From a bacterium (GTDB lineage: Bacteria; Patescibacteriota; Minisyncoccia; UBA6257; Colwellbacteraceae): a DNA stretch of 35,788 bases. The stretch spans positions 1-35,788 of the forward strand of contig JAZDFH010000054.1 of NCBI GenBank assembly GCA_043808035.1, given 5' to 3'. Below are positions 9,674-18,664 of the stretch, piece by piece (the stretch's first letter is position 1; every line of letters starts with the position of its first letter). Below the pieces are notes generated by a model that searched no databases, had not been told where the DNA came from, and saw nothing but the letters and a program-made list of their open reading frames with translations. The position numbers and the translations under genes were made by a program.

Positions 9674-10936
9674 ATGAAAAATATTCGATCACCGAAGACA
9701 ATTTTAGTAATTATTTTACTTTTGACCATTATGTCTGGTTTTTTTATTGTGCCGGGTTTTATTGGAGCGAAATATTCACCATGGAGATTGGGTTTGGATT
9801 TAGTGGGAGGTAGTGTTCTAGTATATAATGTCGATTTAACAGGGATACCTGAGAGTGAATATAGTTCGACTCTTGAAGGGTTGCATGGAGTTATCGAGAG
9901 TAGGATTAATAAATATGGAGTTGCGGAACCGCGGATAACGGTTGCGCAGCAGAACGGAGAATATCAATTACTCGTAGAATTGGCAGGGATCAAAGATCTT
10001 AAAGATGCGGTACGTGAGATTGGTGAGACACCGAGCCTTGATTTTCGAGAAACGTTGAAGATGGAGACGGAGCAAGGAGAGTCGGTCGCTGTTTGGCAGA
10101 GGACGGAATTGACAGGGAGACATATTGCAAAAGCACAGATTGGGTTTGATCAAGCATCGAATAATCAGCCTGTCGTGCAGCTTGAGTTTGACGAAGAAGG
10201 AGCAAAAATTTTTGAACAATTAACAGAAAAAAACATTGACAAACCGATAGGTATTTTTGTTGATGGAGAGCTTTTTGAAGCTCCTTCTCCTCGAGAAAAG
10301 ATTTCCGGAGGGAAGGCGGTTATTTCAGGAGGCTCTCAAGGATTTACTCTTGATCAGGCGAATCAGTTGGTAGGGCGATTAAATGCGGGCGCACTTTCTG
10401 CACCTATTACACTCATTAACCAGAGGACAGTCAGTGCTTCTGCAGCGGAAGGTGCGTTATATGCAATTATCTATGCTGGGTTTATAGGGACACTGCTTGT
10501 CATGCTTTTTATGATTCTTCATTACCGTTTCTTTGGTTTATTCGCATCATTTGCGTTGCTGATTTATATTATTTTGACACTTGGAATATTTAAAAGCCTT
10601 CCGAATTTCACTATGACGCTTGCCGGAATTGCAGGGTTTATCCTTTCGATCGGTATAGCGGTTGATGCTAATATTCTTATTTTTGAACGGATGAAGGAAG
10701 AAATGAAAAAAGGACTTTCGAAGACAGCTGCGATGGAAATGGGATTTAAAAGGGCATGGACATCTATTAGAGATTCGGATATCGCAACTATTATCTGTGC
10801 AGTTATTTTGTATTATTTTACTACGAGTTTTATGCGTGGCTTTGCGTTAACACTTGGTATCGGTGTCGCTTTGAGTATGATTTCGGCAGTTTTTGTTACT
10901 AAGCAGATGTTGAAAATGTTTATAAAAAATGGATAA
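9674..10936 (+). CDS. secD: Protein translocase subunit SecD
   Basis: LGLDLVGGS motif, an extracytoplasmic domain, then a 6-TM region (GIAGFILSIGIAVDANILIFERMKEE). It overlaps secF by 8 nt. Confidence 0.9.
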   Translation: MKNIRSPKTILVIILLLTIMSGFFIVPGFIGAKYSPWRLGLDLVGGSVLVYNVDLTGIPESEYSSTLEGLHGVIESRINKYGVAEPRITVAQQNGEYQLLVELAGIKDLKDAVREIGETPSLDFRETLKMETEQGESVAVWQRTELTGRHIAKAQIGFDQASNNQPVVQLEFDEEGAKIFEQLTEKNIDKPIGIFVDGELFEAPSPREKISGGKAVISGGSQGFTLDQANQLVGRLNAGALSAPITLINQRTVSASAAEGALYAIIYAGFIGTLLVMLFMILHYRFFGLFASFALLIYIILTLGIFKSLPNFTMTLAGIAGFILSIGIAVDANILIFERMKEEMKKGLSKTAAMEMGFKRAWTSIRDSDIATIICAVILYYFTTSFMRGFALTLGIGVALSMISAVFVTKQMLKMFIKNG

Positions 10937-11846
10937 AAACATGATGAATATTATTGGACGGAAAAATATTTTTTTAACGATAGGGGGTGTCTTAGTCGGA
11001 CTTTCTATTGCTACTATGGTGATATTTGGTTTTCAATTGAATATTGATTTTTATGGAGGTTCGTTGTGGCAGTTACAGATTCAGAATGCGTCATCTGAAC
11101 AAGTGCGTTCATTTTTTGCTTCTGATTTAAAGCTTCAGGTTTCTAATGTTTCTTATGACAAGAAAGCTGATACGTATAGTATTGCATTTGCAGAGATTAC
11201 AGATGCACAAAGGCAAGGATATTTATCTCAATTGCAAGATGAATTCGGTACAGTGAAGGAAATGGATTTTTGGTCAATTAGCCCTGCTGTCTCTTCAGAA
11301 TTAAAACAAAAAGCAATGAGCGCAATTGCATTTGTTTTGTTGGGTATTTCCTTGTATGTTGCGTTTGCTTTCCGTAAGGTCTCGAAGCCGATCAGTTCAT
11401 GGAAGTATGGCATTATAACGTTAGTGACATTATTCCACGATGTTGCAATCCCTGCCGGTTTATTTGCCGTAATGGGAGCATATAGGGGCATTGCTGTTGA
11501 TATTAATTTTGTTGTTGCGTTGTTGGTAATAATGGGATCTTCAGTACATGATACTATCGTTGTATTTGATCGTATCAGAGAGAATTTATTGTGTGCAGGG
11601 AAAAATTATTTATTTACCGACATCGTGAATAAAAGTGTTAACGAAACGATGCAGCGTTCTATTAATACATCGATGACTATTGTCGTCGTATTGCTAGCGT
11701 TATACTTTTTAGGGCCATTAAGTCTTAAATTCTTTATTTTAACAATTTTAGTTGGAACAGTGGCGGGGACATATTCTTCAATTTTCATTGCAAGTCCTTT
11801 ACTTGTAATCGTAGAGAATTTGTCGAGAAAGAGAAAGAATGTTTAG
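10929..11846 (+). CDS. secF: Protein translocase subunit SecF
   Basis: IDFYGGSLW (SecF-type GIDFxGG) and a TM region with HDTIVVFDRIREN. Length is 305 aa; in-frame ATGs at 10941 and 10944 are alternative starts. Confidence 0.9.
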   Translation: MDKNMMNIIGRKNIFLTIGGVLVGLSIATMVIFGFQLNIDFYGGSLWQLQIQNASSEQVRSFFASDLKLQVSNVSYDKKADTYSIAFAEITDAQRQGYLSQLQDEFGTVKEMDFWSISPAVSSELKQKAMSAIAFVLLGISLYVAFAFRKVSKPISSWKYGIITLVTLFHDVAIPAGLFAVMGAYRGIAVDINFVVALLVIMGSSVHDTIVVFDRIRENLLCAGKNYLFTDIVNKSVNETMQRSINTSMTIVVVLLALYFLGPLSLKFFILTILVGTVAGTYSSIFIASPLLVIVENLSRKRKNV

Positions 11847-11898
11847 AGTTTGTTTATAATAGGAAATTATGCGATTATAAGGAATACTAAGAAAGCTC

Positions 11899-11927
11899 TT
11901 GACTTTTTTTGAGAAAAATTGTATCAT
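11899..11927 (+). promoter_or_regulatory. Sigma-70-type promoter candidate
   Basis: TTGACT (11899-11904), a 17-nt spacer, then TATCAT (11922-11927). It ends 12 nt before the ATG at 11940. Confidence 0.45.
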
Positions 11928-11939
11928 CATCTTAATTAA

Positions 11940-12779
11940 ATGCTCATAAAAGGAATCGAAATTGATAATTTAATAAATAATGCGCTTTTGCCACTTGATA
12001 GTAGATCTGCTGAAGTGATACGGTATAGGTATGGTTTAGAGAACGAGAAGGGTAAGACGTTGGCATGTTTAGGCGAAGAATATAAATTAACAAGAGAAAG
12101 AATTCGTCAGATTGAGGCCGCAGCACTTGTTGAGACACGGAATGCCATTTTGAACGCAGAAGATGCTCGTCGTTTTGTGGAAACGGTGCACCATTATCTT
12201 AATTGCATCGGAGGTGTTCGACGGAGTGATATGTTGGTTCGTGATGTCAAGGTATTATGGGGAGTTGCTCGTTCAGAGAAATTATTTTCGAATCAACTGC
12301 ATTTTTTAGCAGACATTCTTGATGACCCGTATATTATACGCAGCAATAGTGATTGGCATCGGACATGGTATAATAACGAAACGTCGTTACAGACGGCGAA
12401 GGAAATTATTCGTCACTTACTTGAAACGGACAAACATGATTTTGAGTACTTTATGAAAAGAGTAGTGAAGAAATTTTCGTTGCCGGAAGCGATGGTGTTG
12501 AACTATGTTTCCATTTCAAAGCATTTTGCGATTGGTCCATATGGACATCTTGGCGCAAAACATTGGATGCATGTCAATCCAAAAACAGTTAGAGATAAAA
12601 GCTATCTTGTTTTGTGGAAGGCGAAGAAACCGTTACATTTTAGAGAGATTGCACAACAGGTCAATAACTTGAAGAGAGTCAAGAGAGCGCATCCCGCAAC
12701 TGTTCATAATGAACTTATTAAAGATCCGCGATTTGTCTTGGTGGGTCGCGGAGTGTATGCTCTAAAAGATGATCAGTAA
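11940..12779 (+). CDS. Sigma-70 region-4 HTH protein with C-terminal HARE-HTH-like domain
   Basis: Residues ~15-68 (LDSRSAEVIRYRYGL..GKTLACLGEEYKLTRERIRQIEAAAL) match the sigma-70 region 4 pattern. Residues ~215-278 (KKPLHFREIAQQV...HPATVHNELIKDPRFVLVGRGVYALKD) match the HARE-HTH pattern seen in the RNAP delta N-domain. Sigma regions 1.2-3 are absent. Confidence 0.8.
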   Translation: MLIKGIEIDNLINNALLPLDSRSAEVIRYRYGLENEKGKTLACLGEEYKLTRERIRQIEAAALVETRNAILNAEDARRFVETVHHYLNCIGGVRRSDMLVRDVKVLWGVARSEKLFSNQLHFLADILDDPYIIRSNSDWHRTWYNNETSLQTAKEIIRHLLETDKHDFEYFMKRVVKKFSLPEAMVLNYVSISKHFAIGPYGHLGAKHWMHVNPKTVRDKSYLVLWKAKKPLHFREIAQQVNNLKRVKRAHPATVHNELIKDPRFVLVGRGVYALKDDQ

Positions 12780-14040
12780 ACTGGTTTTTGCAATTGTTTC
12801 TTATGGTCTAAGCGTTTTCATTCTCCCTCTGCTTCTTTTTTTATGGCTCCGAAGATGGGTTCTTTTAAAGCAACATGACAAGTGGATAGAGAGTATTGAT
12901 TGGATTATCCTTGAGCTTAAACTCCCCGTTGATAACATCCGTACACCAAAGGCGATGGAACAAGTATTCGCCAGTTTATATGGTATGTTCAGTTTTGGAA
13001 TCTCTTTTAAAGATAGGTGGATGAAAGGGAAGCTGGAGTCTTGGGCATCCTTTGAACTTGTTGGTTTTTCTTCAAGTATGCATTTTTTTATTCGGGTTCC
13101 GAAACAATTTCAAAAGTTGCTTGAATCGTCAATTTATTCCCATTATCCAAATGCGGAGTTGCAAATCACAGAGGACTATGTCCATCGATTTGGGCAAGAG
13201 ATACCTAATACGGAATATGATATCTTTGGTACTGATTTTGTGCTGTTGAAAGACGGTGTATATCCATTAAAGACATATCGTGATTTTGAGGCAATCGAAG
13301 AGGAAAAACGTCTTGACCCATTGGCAACGGTAGCCGAGATTATGGCGGACTTAAAAGATGACGAAATGATTTGGCTGCAATTCCTTATTCGTCCCACCGG
13401 TACTAAATGGAAAGAAAAAGCGAACGATATTATACAAGACATTTCCGGTCGTCCGAAGCCGCCGAAGAAAAAATCGAATATGGAAGGCGCGCGCGAGTTT
13501 GCGAAAAATCTTGCAACCGCCGCGGTGAAACATCCAGAATGGAGTGAAAGTGAAACGAAACAAGTAGGAAGTCCGCCGCGACCGTTAATGCCAGGAGAAC
13601 AGGATCTCTTGTTTAAAATTGATTCAAAAATCGGGCAAATAGGATTTGAATCAATTTTACGATTTATGTATTTAGATAAAAAAAATTCATTTACCGAGCC
13701 AAATGTATTGGCAATGATGGGTGTTATGCGGCAATTCAATGGAGTAAATGAGTTTTTGCCGAATAAAAAAACGCTTACCACTCCAAAAGCTACAGGTCTT
13801 TTTTTCCGTAAGTCGCGGATTCTTGGAAGAAAGAAAAAGTTATTTGACGCATATTGTAAACGAGCGATGCCCGTTGAGCCTCGGCGATTTGGTTTGTTAC
13901 GATTAAAGACATCTATTTTAAGCGTTGAGGAGCTTGCGACATTGTATCATCCGCCAATTTCTTCGGTTACCGCTCGGACGTTGCAATACGTCGGTTCGAA
14001 GAAAGGTGGACCGCCTTCTGATATTCCGATAGTGAAATAA
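12769..14040 (+). CDS. N-terminally anchored membrane protein, unknown family (partner of the downstream ATPase)
   Basis: 423 aa. A hydrophobic N-terminus (LVFAIVSYGLSVFILPLLLFLWL) is followed by a large soluble region with a Lys/Pro-rich segment (GRPKPPKKKS). It overlaps the upstream gene by 11 nt and lies 8 nt from the ATPase gene. Confidence 0.8.
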   Translation: MISKLVFAIVSYGLSVFILPLLLFLWLRRWVLLKQHDKWIESIDWIILELKLPVDNIRTPKAMEQVFASLYGMFSFGISFKDRWMKGKLESWASFELVGFSSSMHFFIRVPKQFQKLLESSIYSHYPNAELQITEDYVHRFGQEIPNTEYDIFGTDFVLLKDGVYPLKTYRDFEAIEEEKRLDPLATVAEIMADLKDDEMIWLQFLIRPTGTKWKEKANDIIQDISGRPKPPKKKSNMEGAREFAKNLATAAVKHPEWSESETKQVGSPPRPLMPGEQDLLFKIDSKIGQIGFESILRFMYLDKKNSFTEPNVLAMMGVMRQFNGVNEFLPNKKTLTTPKATGLFFRKSRILGRKKKLFDAYCKRAMPVEPRRFGLLRLKTSILSVEELATLYHPPISSVTARTLQYVGSKKGGPPSDIPIVK

Positions 14041-14048
14041 TACTTATT

Positions 14049-15494
14049 ATGAAAGATCATATTACTATTTTAGGGAAAACGACATTTCGTAACCATTGTG
14101 CTTCGTTTGGTATCAAATCTGATGATAGACGGCGGCATACATACATTATCGGTAAGACGGGAGGAGGGAAGACGACGATGATGGAAAATATGGTAATTTC
14201 TGATATTTTAGCAGGGCATGGTGTTGGCGTTGTAGATCCGCATGGCGATTTTGCCGAAAAATTACTTCGATTTATTCCAGAAGATAGGATTGAAGATGTA
14301 ATATATTTTAATCCATCAGATATTAATTATCCCTTTGGTTTTAATCCTTTAGAGAAAGTTGGTAATGAATATCGTCATTTGGTTGCTTCCGGGCTTATGG
14401 GCATTTTTAAGAAAATTTGGCCGGATGTTTGGTCTGCGAGGATGGAATATATTTTGAATAATTCACTGTTATCGTTACTCGAATTCCAGGGATCGACTTT
14501 CCTTGGCACTATGCGTTTGTTATCTGACAAGCAATATCGGAAAGAGGTTGTGAGTCAGTTAACAGACCCTGTGGTGAAAAGTTTTTGGGTTAATGAATTC
14601 GCTAAATATACACAACGACTTGAGTCAGAGGCAACGGCGGCAATTCAAAATAAAATAGGGCAATTTGTTTCGAATCCATTGATTCGAAATATTCTCGGGC
14701 AATCACATTCAACAATCAATATTCGAAAGATTATGGACGAAGGGAAGATTTTGATTGTCAATTTGTCGAAAGGGAGAATAGGAGAAGATAATTCTGCGTT
14801 ATTGGGAGCAATGCTTATTACTAAAATGCAGCTTGCTGCAATGGCACGTGTTGACGTCCCTGAATCTGAAAGAAAAGATTTTTATTTGTATATTGATGAA
14901 TTTCAAAATTTTTCCACTGATTCATTTGCGAGTATTCTCTCAGAAGCCCGTAAATATCGGCTGGATCTTATTCTTGCGCATCAATATATTGATCAGTTAG
15001 AGGATACTGTTCGTTCTGCCGTGTTTGGAAATGTAGGGACGTTGGTGACATTTCGTGTTGGGGCCGAAGATGCTGAATTTTTGGAAAAGGAGTTTGAGCC
15101 TGACTTTATTGCGAATGATCTTGTGAATTTAGCGAAATTTCATGTTTATATCAAATTGATGGTTGATGGTATTGCATCTCGCCCATTCTCTGCTCAAATT
15201 TTGGAGCCGCCGTTGCCGCAAATTGAATCGTTTGCGGAGACGATTATAGAAAATAATCGTCGATGGTATGGAACTCCTTCAAGTGTGGTAGAAGAAAAGA
15301 TTGGAGCAGAGTTTCGTAGAGGATATAAAGATATTGCGGAGAAAGCTGAACGGCGGACAGAGCAATCCCTTGATGCTGTATTAAAGTCAGAAAGCAGTAA
15401 GGACGCCACTCCTGTCCATGAGAAAAAGAAAGAGAGAAAAGAGATTGATACTGACGCTCTTCGGCGCATACTTGATACAAAAGACACAATCTAA
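14049..15494 (+). CDS. TraD/TraG/VirD4-like (type IV coupling protein-like) P-loop ATPase without TM anchor
   Basis: Walker A GKTGGGKT. A hydrophobic strand plus DE (FYLYIDEFQNF) is followed by ARKYRLDLILAHQ, as in TrwB/TraD-type NTPase domains. There is no N-terminal hydrophobic segment, and the C-tail is charged. Confidence 0.85.
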   Translation: MKDHITILGKTTFRNHCASFGIKSDDRRRHTYIIGKTGGGKTTMMENMVISDILAGHGVGVVDPHGDFAEKLLRFIPEDRIEDVIYFNPSDINYPFGFNPLEKVGNEYRHLVASGLMGIFKKIWPDVWSARMEYILNNSLLSLLEFQGSTFLGTMRLLSDKQYRKEVVSQLTDPVVKSFWVNEFAKYTQRLESEATAAIQNKIGQFVSNPLIRNILGQSHSTINIRKIMDEGKILIVNLSKGRIGEDNSALLGAMLITKMQLAAMARVDVPESERKDFYLYIDEFQNFSTDSFASILSEARKYRLDLILAHQYIDQLEDTVRSAVFGNVGTLVTFRVGAEDAEFLEKEFEPDFIANDLVNLAKFHVYIKLMVDGIASRPFSAQILEPPLPQIESFAETIIENNRRWYGTPSSVVEEKIGAEFRRGYKDIAEKAERRTEQSLDAVLKSESSKDATPVHEKKKERKEIDTDALRRILDTKDTI

Positions 15495-15507
15495 TTATAA
15501 TACTATT

Positions 15508-16089
15508 ATGTTGACAATAAATGATTTAAAAAATGGAAGTTCTATTGTTATTTTAGGAGATCCTTACATAGTAATGAGCGTGAAACATTTACATGTTGGT
15601 CGTGGAAGTTCAAGTGTTCAGACTCGTATTAGAAATCTGAGGACGGGGCAAGTTTTTGAAAGAAACTTTAAACCGGCGGATATGTTCGAAGAAGCTGATA
15701 TTAAAAAAATGACGGCATGTTTCATTTATATTAGTCGTGGAGAATATTGGTTTCATGAAGATGGTAAACCGTCAAACAGATTTATGTTGCTTGAGAATGC
15801 GGTTGGAGAAAAAGCGGTTTTTTTGAAGCCAAAGATGAAAGTAACGGCCTTACTGTTTACCGAAAAGGGTGATCAAAGAGTTTTGGCTATTGAATTGCCG
15901 ATTAAAGGAGACTACGCGGTTGTTGATGCTCCACCTCCTGTTCGGGGTAATACTGCACAAGGAGGGACAAAAGTAGTTACCATTGAAGGAGGAGCAACAG
16001 TTGATGTACCACTCTTTATCAATACGGGTGACGTTATTCGTGTGAATACCGATACGGGTGAGTATGTTGAACGAATTGAGAAAGCGTAG
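15508..16089 (+). CDS. efp: Elongation factor P
   Basis: MLTINDLKNG..., with tip loop HVGRGSS (Arg32), then RIRNLRTGQ and the OB domains. I set the start at ATG 15508; the in-frame upstream stretch overlaps the ATPase gene. Confidence 0.93.
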   Translation: MLTINDLKNGSSIVILGDPYIVMSVKHLHVGRGSSSVQTRIRNLRTGQVFERNFKPADMFEEADIKKMTACFIYISRGEYWFHEDGKPSNRFMLLENAVGEKAVFLKPKMKVTALLFTEKGDQRVLAIELPIKGDYAVVDAPPPVRGNTAQGGTKVVTIEGGATVDVPLFINTGDVIRVNTDTGEYVERIEKA

Positions 16090-16248
16090 TATTGCAAAGT
16101 TTGTATGTTTGCGAGCTCGTAGACAAATGGATATATATGATTATGTTACTTCAAATGATCAAAATTTGAAGATAAAATGTATTTTGATATTTTATTGAAA
16201 GCCTCATGTCTTCATTGTGTGATGTAATAGTCGGGGTTATATGTTTGC

Positions 16249-17385
16249 ATGCGAAATAATATTCAAAAATTCAATAGAGATTCTGGATTTATTCGCAAAA
16301 CAGTATTTGTCGGTCTCTCTGGTGGTGTTGATTCATCTGTAACAGCACTTCTTTTACAAAAACAAGGGTTTGATGTCGTTGGTGTCCATTTGCGTTGTTG
16401 GAATAACAATGGATGTGATATTAGAGAGGCGGAAGATGCTCGGCGAGTTGCCGAACATCTTTCTATTCCATTTTATGTTTTTGATATGGAGGATCGATAT
16501 CGAAAGAGGGTTGTCGACTATATGATTACGGAATACAAACAGGGACGGACACCGAATCCTGATGTTATGTGCAACAAGGAAATTAAATTCGGGCTCTTTT
16601 TAGAAAAAGCTCGTTCGTTGCATGCAACATATATTGCGACTGGACATTATGTCAGGTTATGCAATAAAAAAAGTATGAAAACGGGAGATATCATTCATAC
16701 GTTATATAAGGGGAAGGATATTCATAAAGATCAAAGCTATTTTTTGTGGACATTAACACAAGAACAATTAAAGTATTGTTTATTTCCGATAGGTATATAC
16801 ACGAAAAGTCAGGTACGTGTCATAGCGCGTATGTCAGGTTTGCCCACGGCAGAGAAAAAGGACTCTCAAGGGATTTGTTTTATAGGGAATGTTACACTAA
16901 GGGACTTTTTACATATTTATCTCCCGGAGAAGCAAGGAGAGGTATGTACGCGGGACGGTAAGTGTATTGGGAAACATGCAGGGGTACAATTCTATACTAT
17001 AGGGCAACGGCATGGATTTACGATTACTAAACGGACACCTGATATCAGTCCTCATTATGTTGTTCGTAAGGAAGTAAAGACAAATACATTGATTGTTGCC
17101 GAAGGATCTCAAGACGCAGCATTATATCGAAATCGTATTGCGATACATTCGGTACATTTTATCGATCCAATATTTTTTAAACGTTTTAAAATCAAGAAGG
17201 TGCTGTCTGTATTTGCCCGTGTACGGTATGGTCAGGCGCTTGCCCCAGCTGTTGTTGCGTTAGCTGATGATCTGCGAGCAGAACTTATTTTTGAAACACC
17301 TCAACAGTTTATTGCTGCAGGGCAATCGGCAGTTTTTTATAAAAAAAGTGGTGAAATGATTGGAGGAGGGATTATTTCCGAATAG
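16249..17385 (+). CDS. mnmA: tRNA 2-thiouridine(34) synthase MnmA
   Basis: PP-loop LSGGVDSS, NPDVMCN catalytic Cys region, and KDQSYFLW. Length is 378 aa. Confidence 0.93.
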   Translation: MRNNIQKFNRDSGFIRKTVFVGLSGGVDSSVTALLLQKQGFDVVGVHLRCWNNNGCDIREAEDARRVAEHLSIPFYVFDMEDRYRKRVVDYMITEYKQGRTPNPDVMCNKEIKFGLFLEKARSLHATYIATGHYVRLCNKKSMKTGDIIHTLYKGKDIHKDQSYFLWTLTQEQLKYCLFPIGIYTKSQVRVIARMSGLPTAEKKDSQGICFIGNVTLRDFLHIYLPEKQGEVCTRDGKCIGKHAGVQFYTIGQRHGFTITKRTPDISPHYVVRKEVKTNTLIVAEGSQDAALYRNRIAIHSVHFIDPIFFKRFKIKKVLSVFARVRYGQALAPAVVALADDLRAELIFETPQQFIAAGQSAVFYKKSGEMIGGGIISE

Positions 17386-17389
17386 TAAG

Positions 17390-18664
17390 ATGAAACCGCA
17401 CGAAATAGGGTTTTATGGAGGACTTGCTTTTATTTTGGGTGTCATAGGTGCTCATTTTTTCAATTCTGCATATATCGCTCTTATTTTTTCGTGCTTACTT
17501 GTGTTTTGTTTTTATTTTGGACGACGAGTGCGGTTGGGAATTTTGATAGGGTGTGTCTTTTTTTTCGCATTTTTTTATACACATTTTTATAATTTTTGGG
17601 CGACGGTTGATTTTCCGTCATCGGAGGCGACTATAGTTATTGATGCTGTTGTTGTGGACTCTCCTCAAATGGCGGTTGATGGGCAAACATTTATTGTTTC
17701 GCTCAAAAAGCCGTACAGAGGAAATGTCATGGTATATGGTCCTTTATATCCTCGTGTACAGGCTGGTGATATTGTACAGGTAACAGGCGATGTTATATTG
17801 CCAAGAGATAAAAAAAGCTGGATACATGCATATAATTTTGTCATACAGAGAAGAGGAACGTCATTTGTATCGGTCTTGTTTTCATTTCGAATGATCATAC
17901 AAGAAAAGATTACAAGAGTGTTGCCTCCTCATGCCGCGGCTTTGCTTTCAGGAATTTTATTCGGAGAACGTGCGTCATTTTCAAAAGAATTATATGACGC
18001 CTTGGTAAAGAGCGGTACGATACATATTGTTTCTATGTCTGGATATAATGTTTCGATTATTACGGCAAGTATCATTAATTTTTTTTCATATTTTTGTGAG
18101 CGGAAGAAGGCGATGTATATTGCAGGTATCACGGTTCTTGTTTTTGTAATTATGACAGGAGCTCATGCGTCAGTCGTTCGTGCGGCATGCATGGGATTGT
18201 TAGTGTTATACGCAGAACTCGCTGGCAGAATATATTCTTTTCGTAACGCGTTAATTCTTACTGCCGCTGGTATGTTATTGTTCAACCCTCTCTTAATCAC
18301 GAATGTTGGATTTCAGCTCTCATTTATGGCGCTGGTTGGTATTGTGTATGGAGAACCTTTATTAAGAAAACTTTTTCGTTGGGAAAATAAAGATGGATTT
18401 TTCGGATGGAGGAAAAATTTTTTACAAACTCTCGCGGCTCAATGCGCAGTACTTCCTATACTGATTTACACATTCGGATCGGTATCTATTTTTTCGGTTG
18501 TGGCGAATGTCTTAATTATTTCGATTATTCCAGTGACTATGTTTTTAGGTTTTGGTATTATTGTATTTGGTTTTATATCGTATCATTTTTCTTTGATATT
18601 AGGATTAATAACATATATTTTACTTTCATATGAGATATTGGTTATACGCTTTTTTGGGGCTTAG
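17390..18664 (+). CDS. comEC: ComEC/Rec2 DNA-uptake channel, N-terminal part (OB/DUF4131-like + Competence domain)
   Basis: Polytopic membrane protein with Competence-domain-like segments (SGTIHIVSMSGYNVSIIT, HASVVRAACM). ATG 17390 lies just after the mnmA stop. It ends at TAG 18662-18664, immediately after a T6G4 run. Confidence 0.85.
   Translation: MKPHEIGFYGGLAFILGVIGAHFFNSAYIALIFSCLLVFCFYFGRRVRLGILIGCVFFFAFFYTHFYNFWATVDFPSSEATIVIDAVVVDSPQMAVDGQTFIVSLKKPYRGNVMVYGPLYPRVQAGDIVQVTGDVILPRDKKSWIHAYNFVIQRRGTSFVSVLFSFRMIIQEKITRVLPPHAAALLSGILFGERASFSKELYDALVKSGTIHIVSMSGYNVSIITASIINFFSYFCERKKAMYIAGITVLVFVIMTGAHASVVRAACMGLLVLYAELAGRIYSFRNALILTAAGMLLFNPLLITNVGFQLSFMALVGIVYGEPLLRKLFRWENKDGFFGWRKNFLQTLAAQCAVLPILIYTFGSVSIFSVVANVLIISIIPVTMFLGFGIIVFGFISYHFSLILGLITYILLSYEILVIRFFGA

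Noticed and set aside
13176-13781. 201-aa minus-strand ORF (and 13351-13563, 13052-13249) inside the 423-aa membrane-protein gene
   Set aside because: It is embedded in a longer plus-strand ORF that is translationally coupled to its neighbours. The Arg/Ser/Phe-rich low-complexity translation is typical of shadow frames.
16090-16248. 159-nt efp/mnmA spacer with small AT-rich hairpins (TCAAAT...ATTTGA) and a 9-nt direct repeat TATGTTTGC
   Set aside because: The stems are short and AT-only and have no following T-run. The repeat length is within chance expectation for AT-rich DNA. I could not support an RNA gene or a terminator.
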